DNA of 64,000 nucleotides from the NCBI GenBank assembly GCA_947457935.1, contig CANGXP010000002.1:47701-111700 (forward strand), read 5' to 3'. Within the stretch, counting starts at the first letter, position 1; each line of letters begins with the position of its first letter. The position numbers and the translations under genes are program-made. This document shows positions 57,829-64,000 of this stretch, one piece after another. Below the pieces are notes generated by a model. That model saw only the letters and a list, made by a program, of their open reading frames with translations. It searched no databases and was not told the origin of the DNA. Source of the DNA: Alphaproteobacteria bacterium (GTDB taxonomy: Bacteria; Pseudomonadota; Alphaproteobacteria; JAJTHO01; CANGXP01).

Positions 57829-59538
57829 TTCGTGAAGTTTCGCCCTGTCGCTGCCGTCTCTCTTGTAAGTTTAGCTGTTCTGTTGTTAGGCGCGTGCGAA
57901 AAAAAAGCCGCAACCCCTGAAAAAACAAGCGCGGTAGAGCAAGACTATGACGCAACACTTGTGCAAACACCAAACGCAACAGGGAACTACCTTTCTGCTC
58001 GCTCTGCCTTTGCCACACGCAATTTTGCAAAAGCGTTGGAATACACCAATGCAAGCCTGAGCCAATTTCCCACAAACTCTGCTTTGCTTCAGCAAGCATT
58101 TTTCCTGAATATTATTGCGGAACGCTGGCAAGCGGCAGATACTATTGCTCAACGAATCCTCAGCATCACCCCTGATGACTATTTTGCCAATCTGGTTACC
58201 ATAACACAAAGCCTTGCCAATAAAGACTATGTCCTTGCAGAAAAACAACTCAATAGCCTGCCACAGGGCGGCGTGCAACAGGTGTGGTTGTCTTTGTATC
58301 AAGCATGGGTATCTCTGGGGCAAGGGGCGGGGCAAAGTGCCTCTTACGTTTTGCAAGCTGTTGACCAAGTGCCAGAATTGCGCCCGCTGGTGTTGCTGCA
58401 CAACGGGCTAATTAATCAGGTGGCAGGGAACACAGAAAACGCGCTCAACTATTTTGCACAAGCCAGACAAGCGATTGAGGTGCTGCCGTTGCGCTTTGTG
58501 GTGCTCTATGGCAATTTACTCAACACGCAAAAACAAACCGCTAATCTCGATGCCATGCTGAAATCAGCCGAGCAAGATAGTGACACAGTGGCAGTCTCAC
58601 AACAAATTTTACAACGGCTACAAACCAATAATACGGAAGGCTTGGGGGTTATCACTTCCGCGAAAGAAGGCTTTGGGCAAGCGCTGTATGATGTGGGAAC
58701 ATTTTTAAACAGTGACCGCTCGCGGGATGCCGCCCTCATCCACACCGCGCTTTCTTTGCGCCTGATGCCTGATAATGATTTTGCGAAACTGTTGTTGGGG
58801 CGATTATTAGAGGAAACAAATTTTCACGATAAGGCTCTTGGGTTTTTAAGCGAAATCAAGCAATCGTCTGTATTTTGGTCGGTTGCACAAATTCGCCGCG
58901 CTCAAGTGCTTGCTGCTGATAAAAAAGAGGCAGAAGCCATCACTATTTTGCAAAAAGCACTGGCTGAAAACAGCACATCGTTTGAAATCAAAGAACAGCT
59001 TGCGGATTTATTGCGCTCTCAAGAAAAATTTGTAGAAGCTATCCCGCTGTATACCGAAATTCTTGAGCAGATTAAAGACGAGAAGCAAAATTTGTGGACG
59101 CTATACTATGCGCGTGGCACGTCATATGAGCGTACGAATCAATGGGACAAAGCGGAAGCAGACCTGAAAAAAGCGTTGGAACTCGAACCAAACCAGCCGT
59201 TTGTGTTGAATTATTTGGGGTATTCGTGGGTTGATAAGGGCATCAACCTTGAAGACGCTCTTGTTATGCTGCATAAAGCCGTCGAAATTGAGCCAGACAA
59301 TGGCTATATCGTCGATAGCCTTGGGTGGGCGTATTATAAAATGGAAAAATATGAAGAGGCGGTGAAATATCTAGAAGAAGCCGTTTCGTTGAATCCCTCA
59401 GACCCGCTTATCAATGACCATTTAGGTGATGCATACCTTAAAGCAGGGCGCGTTAATGAAGCAAAGTTTCAATGGAAACGGGCTTTATCGTTTGATCCTG
59501 AAGAGAAGGATAAAAAACGCATTGAGGAGAAGCTATAG
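57829..59538 (+). CDS. TPR-repeat lipoprotein
   Basis: Proposed GTG start gives KFRPVAAVSLVSLAVLLLGAC, a lipobox followed by Cys. Multiple TPR-like repeats occur in the C-terminal half (YYARGTSYERTNQWDKAEADLKKALELEPN..., AYYKMEKYEEAVKYLEEAVSLNP...). The ORF track starts at 57613, inside the divergent UDG gene, which is implausible. Confidence 0.55.
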   Translation, partial: FVKFRPVAAVSLVSLAVLLLGACEKKAATPEKTSAVEQDYDATLVQTPNATGNYLSARSAFATRNFAKALEYTNASLSQFPTNSALLQQAFFLNIIAERWQAADTIAQRILSITPDDYFANLVTITQSLANKDYVLAEKQLNSLPQGGVQQVWLSLYQAWVSLGQGAGQSASYVLQAVDQVPELRPLVLLHNGLINQVAGNTENALNYFAQARQAIEVLPLRFVVLYGNLLNTQKQTANLDAMLKSAEQDSDTVAVSQQILQRLQTNNTEGLGVITSAKEGFGQALYDVGTFLNSDRSRDAALIHTALSLRLMPDNDFAKLLLGRLLEETNFHDKALGFLSEIKQSSVFWSVAQIRRAQVLAADKKEAEAITILQKALAENSTSFEIKEQLADLLRSQEKFVEAIPLYTEILEQIKDEKQNLWTLYYARGTSYERTNQWDKAEADLKKALELEPNQPFVLNYLGYSWVDKGINLEDALVMLHKAVEIEPDNGYIVDSLGWAYYKMEKYEEAVKYLEEAVSLNPSDPLINDHLGDAYLKAGRVNEAKFQWKRALSFDPEEKDKKRIEEKL

Positions 59539-59647
59539 CAGTCCTCATTTAGATTGATACATCGTCAGCTTTCGGCTTATGTATGTTAATACACTGCGCC
59601 TCAGCTTCCTTGTAGCAATCTAAAGCAGTCCCGCTAAATTAAAAAGT

Positions 59648-60715
59648 ATGCATCCTGCAACGCTCACCGTTTCTTTGAATGCCCTCAAGCGCAACGATGC
59701 GACTTTCAAACGGCTTGCGCCCCACAGCACCCGCGCCGCTGTTGTCAAGGCAGATTGTTATGGATTGGGGATTGGCGGTATTATTCCCGCCCTCCTTGAC
59801 ATTGGCTACACCCGTTTTTTTGTTGCCTATCCTGACGAAGGCATTGCGGTGCGCCAACTGCTTAACGCTCGCGCAATCCCCGCATCGGACTATACTATTT
59901 ATGTTTTGTGTGACTTCCACAAAAACACCCTGCCCGCCTATCTTGAATTTTCGCTTACCCCTGTTTTGAACGCTTTAGAACAGATTGTGTTGTGGAATGA
60001 ACAGGGCGTTCCTGCTTTGCGCCCTCTTTTGCAACTGAACACAGGCATGAATCGTTGCGGCTTGGAAGAAACAGAGTGGGCAACAGCCGCCTCCAAACTC
60101 ACTTTTCCGCTCGCTTATATAATGACGCACCTTGCCTGTGCAGATGAACCAGAGCATCTGCTCAACACCCAACAATTACAAGCCTTTCAGCGTGCTTTTG
60201 CTCATTTTCCTGAATGCAAAAAAAGCCTTGCTGCTTCATGGGGGACGTTTCTAGGAGAACAATACCACTATGACATGCTGCGCCTCGGCACAGGACTTTA
60301 TGGGGCGATGCCGCACCCTCTCGTTGAAAACATCGTTACCCTTACCACGAAAATCCTTGAAGTACGGCAGATTGACAAGGGCGCAGCGGTTGGCTATGGT
60401 GCGACGTATCATAGCGATGCTGTAAAGCGTGTTGCAACGATTGCCTTAGGATATGCGGATGGGTATCCACGGGAGCTGAGTAATATCGGCGTGATGTATA
60501 TCGAGGAAACGGCAGTGCCCATAATCGGGCGCGTTTCCATGGATGTTATCACGCTGGATGTAACCCACGTTCCTGAACACAAGGCAAGAGAAGGGGGGAT
60601 TGTAACGGTGTATGGCAAAAATTACACCATTAACGATGCCGCAACCGACGCGAACACTATTGGCTATGAAATTCTCACCCGCCTTGGACGGCGCGTTACA
60701 CGCCGTTATAAATAG
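59648..60715 (+). CDS. alr: Alanine racemase
   Basis: PLP-lysine motif AVVKADCYGLG and an alanine racemase C-terminal domain. 355 aa. Confidence 0.8.
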   Translation: MHPATLTVSLNALKRNDATFKRLAPHSTRAAVVKADCYGLGIGGIIPALLDIGYTRFFVAYPDEGIAVRQLLNARAIPASDYTIYVLCDFHKNTLPAYLEFSLTPVLNALEQIVLWNEQGVPALRPLLQLNTGMNRCGLEETEWATAASKLTFPLAYIMTHLACADEPEHLLNTQQLQAFQRAFAHFPECKKSLAASWGTFLGEQYHYDMLRLGTGLYGAMPHPLVENIVTLTTKILEVRQIDKGAAVGYGATYHSDAVKRVATIALGYADGYPRELSNIGVMYIEETAVPIIGRVSMDVITLDVTHVPEHKAREGGIVTVYGKNYTINDAATDANTIGYEILTRLGRRVTRRYK

Positions 60716-60722
60716 GTTTTTT

Positions 60723-61499
60723 GTGCAAGCTTTCCTTCAATCCATCGGTCGTAATTTTCTCAATTTCCTCGAAGCTATCGGCCGTTTTGCGATGTTCGCC
60801 ATACTCGCGTTATCGCATTGTGTGCGTGCCCCGTTTTATCTTAAAAACATGGGACGCTTGATGATTGATTTTGGCTATTACTCTTTGCCTGTTGTTGGGC
60901 TAACAGCCGCATTCACAGGGATGGTGCTGGCGTTGCAAAGTTATTCAGGGTTCTCGCGGTTTTCTGCAGAGGGTGCGATTGCGGGCGTTGTTGCCCTTTC
61001 TGTTACACGCGAACTAGGTCCTGTATTGGCAGGATTGATGGTTGCAGGGCGCGTTGGTGCTGCTATTGCGGCAGAGTTAGGCACGATGCGGGTGACAGAG
61101 CAAATTGACGCGCTCTCTACTCTCTCCACCAACCCCTATAAATATCTGATTGTCCCGCGCCTTATTGCCGCCACCGTCACCATGCCGTTGTTGGTGGTGA
61201 TTGCGGATATTATTGGCATATTCGGCGGGTTTATTATTGGGGTGTATCACCTGAATTTTAATGCGGGAGCATACTTAAAAAACACGCTCGATATTCTCAC
61301 CTTCACCGATGTTTTCTCAGGGTTAGTGAAAGCCGCTGCCTTCGGATTTATTATTGCGTTATTGGGATGCTATAATGGGTTTAACTCTAAAGGCGGGGCG
61401 CAAGGCGTGGGCAATGCCACAACATACGCGGTTGTTTCTGCTTCCATGCTTATTCTGATGTCTAACTTTTTCATCACCGCTTTGTTTTTTGGGGTTTAA
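60723..61499 (+). CDS. mlaE: Phospholipid ABC transporter permease MlaE
   Basis: MlaE family polytopic permease (FLQSIGRNFLNFLEAIGRFAMFAILAL...). The start is placed at the first in-frame GTG after the alr stop. The ORF track starts at 60612, inside alr. Confidence 0.65.
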   Translation: MQAFLQSIGRNFLNFLEAIGRFAMFAILALSHCVRAPFYLKNMGRLMIDFGYYSLPVVGLTAAFTGMVLALQSYSGFSRFSAEGAIAGVVALSVTRELGPVLAGLMVAGRVGAAIAAELGTMRVTEQIDALSTLSTNPYKYLIVPRLIAATVTMPLLVVIADIIGIFGGFIIGVYHLNFNAGAYLKNTLDILTFTDVFSGLVKAAAFGFIIALLGCYNGFNSKGGAQGVGNATTYAVVSASMLILMSNFFITALFFGV

Positions 61500-61501
61500 C
61501 G

Positions 61502-62266
61502 ATGAACAGCGTCACACCCAAAATTCGCTTTACGAATGTCTATAAATCTTTTGGCACCAAAAAAGTCCTTCAAGGGATAAATCTTGATGTGATGCCACAA
61601 GAATCAGTGGTTATTATTGGCGGGTCAGGCACAGGAAAATCCGTGCTGATTAAAAGCGTGTTAGGCATTGTAAAACCTGACAGTGGCACCATTGAGATTG
61701 AAGGACGCGATGTCAGCAAACTTTCGCACCACGAACGGGAGCAACAGCTTAAAAAATTTGGCATGTTGTTTCAAGGCGGCGCGTTGTTTGATAGCATGAA
61801 AATTTGGCAAAACATTGCTTTCGGGCTTATTCAAGGCGCGGGCATGGATAAAAAAGAAGCAAAAACCATTGCCCTTGAGAAGTTAAAACAAGTGGGGCTT
61901 ACGGCGGATGTGGCAGAGTTATACCCCTCTGAACTCTCAGGCGGGATGCAAAAACGCGTTGCCCTTGCCCGTGCCATTGCCACAAAGCCCGATGTAATTT
62001 TCTTTGATGAACCGACCACGGGATTAGACCCCATCATGGCGGATGTTATCAATGAGTTGATTGTAAAATGCGTGAAAGACCTTGGCGCAACCGCCCTCAC
62101 CATTACCCATGATATGCATTCGGTGCGAAAAATTGCTGATAAAGTGGCAATGCTGTTTGAGGGAAAAATCTTGTGGCAAGGCACGGTGGCAGAACTAGAC
62201 ACCTGCGATAATGACTATGTGCAAAAATTTGTCAGCGGGATGAGCACGGCGGTTAAGGTTGCTTAA
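61502..62266 (+). CDS. mlaF: Phospholipid ABC transporter ATP-binding protein MlaF
   Basis: Walker A GGSGTGKS, ABC signature LSGGMQKRVALARA, Walker B IFFDEPTTGLD. 254 aa. Confidence 0.8.
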   Translation: MNSVTPKIRFTNVYKSFGTKKVLQGINLDVMPQESVVIIGGSGTGKSVLIKSVLGIVKPDSGTIEIEGRDVSKLSHHEREQQLKKFGMLFQGGALFDSMKIWQNIAFGLIQGAGMDKKEAKTIALEKLKQVGLTADVAELYPSELSGGMQKRVALARAIATKPDVIFFDEPTTGLDPIMADVINELIVKCVKDLGATALTITHDMHSVRKIADKVAMLFEGKILWQGTVAELDTCDNDYVQKFVSGMSTAVKVA

Positions 62267-62293
62267 ATTAACTTTTTCCTCTTGAAATACTCC

Positions 62294-62374
62294 ATTTAAC
62301 CAAAAATTTATTTTCGCCGATTTTTGAAAATTTGGCTCAGTTCTGCCGCGAAAACAATGTTTCACGTGAAACAT
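62294..62374 (-). repeat. Roughly 80-nt repeat, copy 2 (reverse orientation): the same 18-bp palindrome ATGTTTCACGTGAAACAT plus the conserved flank
   Basis: CGCGAAAACAATGTTTCACGTGAAACAT on the plus strand is the exact reverse complement of the 28-mer at 45309-45336. Similarity continues through TTTTCAAAAATCGG. It lies about 45 bp downstream of the flippase gene stop, on the same strand. Confidence 0.6.
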
Positions 62375-62418
62375 AGTTGCAATGTAAGGCAAATATAGTG
62401 TAGCGTTGCGGGGTAAAA

Positions 62419-63843
62419 TTAACCTTTACGCTTCAGCAAGCCGTCTCTCACCCCCAATATATTGAGGGCAACAGCACTTACCCCATATAAACCGCCGCCC
62501 ACCAAAATTTTCACCACAAGAGACAGGGTGAGTGAGGGAAGGTGTACAAAATAAAGCCCCCCTGCCATAACACCCGTTGCAAGTATAATCTTTGCAATGC
62601 CCAACAGCGGCAGGGGCAACGGAAACACGCGCCGTGCTGCCCAGAATGTAATCACAATCGAAAAGCTATACGCCAGCACGCCCGCATATACCGCACCCAT
62701 TAAACCATAAATGGGGATGAGTGCATAGTTTGCACCAATGTGAAAAAGGGCGGCAGGGACAAGCACATACAATAAGATTTTATTCTTTTTAGCGAGCTGA
62801 AAACTATGGTCAATATAGTGTGCCTTTAGTCCAAACAAGAACGTGCTAAGGGCAACCCACGGCATGATGGCAATCGCCTCTGTGCGGAATTGTGCGCCTA
62901 AGAACACCGTTGCCATTTCAGGAGCGAGCATCCCGAAACCCACAGCAGCAGGAAGCCCCAAGCCGAAAATCCACAACGCGTTTTTCTCTAACTGTGCCTT
63001 CATTTTTTCAGGAGATTCTTGTTCTATTGTTTTTACCGCCAGTGGATGCGATGCCATCACGATAATCATAAACACCGAAAGAATCGCCTGTTCTGCCAGG
63101 CTATAGGCGGCAGAATATAAGCCTACCGCTTCACTGCCCAGCAAATCTTGCAAGATGAAGCGGCTGCCCTTGGAAATGCTAAATCCGAGAATTGACACCA
63201 GCATAATTGCCCAGCCATAGCTCCAAATCTCGCGCATGGTGGCGCGGGTTGCATTTGACAGCGCAAGAAATTTCACAACATTTTTCCTGTCTGCAACCAA
63301 CAGCACGGCATAGCCCAACATTTGCCCGATGATAACCATCTCGGGACTTGGTGAAATGAGGTAGAGAAAACCAATGGCAAACCCCGCACTTAACAACGCT
63401 TGCAGCGTTGCGAGCAGGCTATATTTTTTACTCTCCAATGTTGCCATATGGGAACGGAGCGTGAGCAATTGCAAACTAAATAAGACAAATTGCGGGATGG
63501 TGATCAACAATACAACACGCTGTATGCTTGGCTCCCAAAAGCCCCATAATATCGCCGTCCCGCCGATGACTGTTATCAAAACAGTGACTAAATACCACGC
63601 CCCGCAACTTGCGAGCAGCCGCTTTGTTGCCGTCTCATCAGGGCACGCCGCATGAAGACGCATAATCGCAGCACACAACCACTGACTAAAAAAATTCTGT
63701 CCCGCATTCATCACCGCCGTTGCAAGTGCGAGGTAGCCGTAATTCTCGACACTCAAAACACGCGTAAAGACTGCCACCGTGAGCAGCGACAACACGGCGG
63801 GAATAATTTGCGACGGGGCGTAACGAAGAATATGTTTAAGCAT
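62419..63843 (-). CDS. Polysaccharide/O-antigen flippase of the MOP superfamily (Wzx/PST-like)
   Basis: 474 aa, about 12-14 predicted TM helices, N-terminal polysaccharide-biosynthesis-protein-like region. Confidence 0.55.
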   Translation of the reverse strand: MLKHILRYAPSQIIPAVLSLLTVAVFTRVLSVENYGYLALATAVMNAGQNFFSQWLCAAIMRLHAACPDETATKRLLASCGAWYLVTVLITVIGGTAILWGFWEPSIQRVVLLITIPQFVLFSLQLLTLRSHMATLESKKYSLLATLQALLSAGFAIGFLYLISPSPEMVIIGQMLGYAVLLVADRKNVVKFLALSNATRATMREIWSYGWAIMLVSILGFSISKGSRFILQDLLGSEAVGLYSAAYSLAEQAILSVFMIIVMASHPLAVKTIEQESPEKMKAQLEKNALWIFGLGLPAAVGFGMLAPEMATVFLGAQFRTEAIAIMPWVALSTFLFGLKAHYIDHSFQLAKKNKILLYVLVPAALFHIGANYALIPIYGLMGAVYAGVLAYSFSIVITFWAARRVFPLPLPLLGIAKIILATGVMAGGLYFVHLPSLTLSLVVKILVGGGLYGVSAVALNILGVRDGLLKRKG

Positions 63844-63920
63844 TAACGGGCTAGATTTTTAAGGATTATCAAGGTATACTAAAGCTCTGTATATTAAAAA
63901 GACAGGACTTACACAGGTGA

Positions 63921-64000
63921 TGGATTTTCGAGAAATTTTTAGGAAGAACATTGCGAGAAAGCGCAGTTTACTAAACGTAAATGAGCATTTTGAGCAATTT
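63921..64000 (+). CDS. Possible 5-prime end of a gene continuing beyond the window (MDFREIFRKNIARKRSLLNVNEHFEQF...)
   Basis: An ATG-initiated ORF stays open to the window edge and is divergent from the flippase gene. Only 27 codons are visible. Confidence 0.2.

Noticed and set aside
60612-60722. Upstream part of the mlaE ORF overlapping the last 35 codons of alr
   Set aside because: The MlaE N-terminus aligns from about FLQSIGRNF onward. An in-frame GTG immediately after the alr stop gives a standard-length MlaE, so a long overlap is unnecessary.
62270-62418. Possible small gene between mlaF and the flippase gene (for example the missing mlaD)
   Set aside because: There is no ORF of adequate length. 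The region is explained by the palindromic repeat copy and convergent terminator-like structure.
1-64000. CRISPR arrays, tRNA or rRNA genes
   Set aside because: No regularly spaced direct repeats and no tRNA-like T-arm or acceptor patterns were seen. The repeats present are dispersed single copies, not arrays.

Overview
The window looks like an alphaproteobacterial chromosome segment with roughly 50% GC. It is mostly housekeeping genes. The gene order argD-argF-hslO, an F0 ATP synthase operon atpI-B-E-F'-F kept apart from the F1 genes, and olsB-olsA-like genes all fit an alphaproteobacterium. About 60 coding genes are supportable: murJ, a fused sat/cysC, argD, argF, hslO, pyrE, a lone peptide-type ABC substrate-binding protein, hbd, rfbC, nhaA, two M16 peptidases, pgi, an lpxL-like gene, the F0 atp operon, a dsbA-like gene, mutY, pnp, rpsO, truB, lnt, purF, cvpA, serA, hisZ, purA, acs, phoH, miaB, olsBA, a Fur-family regulator, serC, flhA, asd, a class IV aminotransferase, a family-4 UDG, a TPR lipoprotein, alr, mlaEF and a Wzx-like flippase. 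I saw no rRNA, tRNA or CRISPR array.

Accessory or unusual content:
1. An AT-rich two-gene island at about 1960-4127 encodes a Dam-like (DPPY) methyltransferase with a partner that has a PD-(D/E)xK-like motif.
2. A tightly overlapping five-gene cassette at 38926-42052 sits between hisZ and purA. It encodes a GDPD-like protein, a HAD phosphatase, a nucleotidyltransferase, a cupin and a second, paralogous nucleotidyltransferase.
3. A mosaic interspersed repeat family has at least five copies, at gene 3-prime ends near 12.5, 32.5, 36.6, 48.0 and 56.0 kb. It carries a conserved short ORF that begins MSE.KGS.QA and varies mainly at third codon positions. This is the most interesting item.
4. A perfect 39-bp inverted repeat sits between the two M16 peptidase genes.
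5. A roughly 80-nt repeat containing an 18-bp perfect palindrome occurs twice, once upstream of acs and once downstream of the flippase gene.
6. An AT-rich orphan gene lies between flhA and asd.

All calls come from reading ORF translations and the DNA directly. No database searches were possible.
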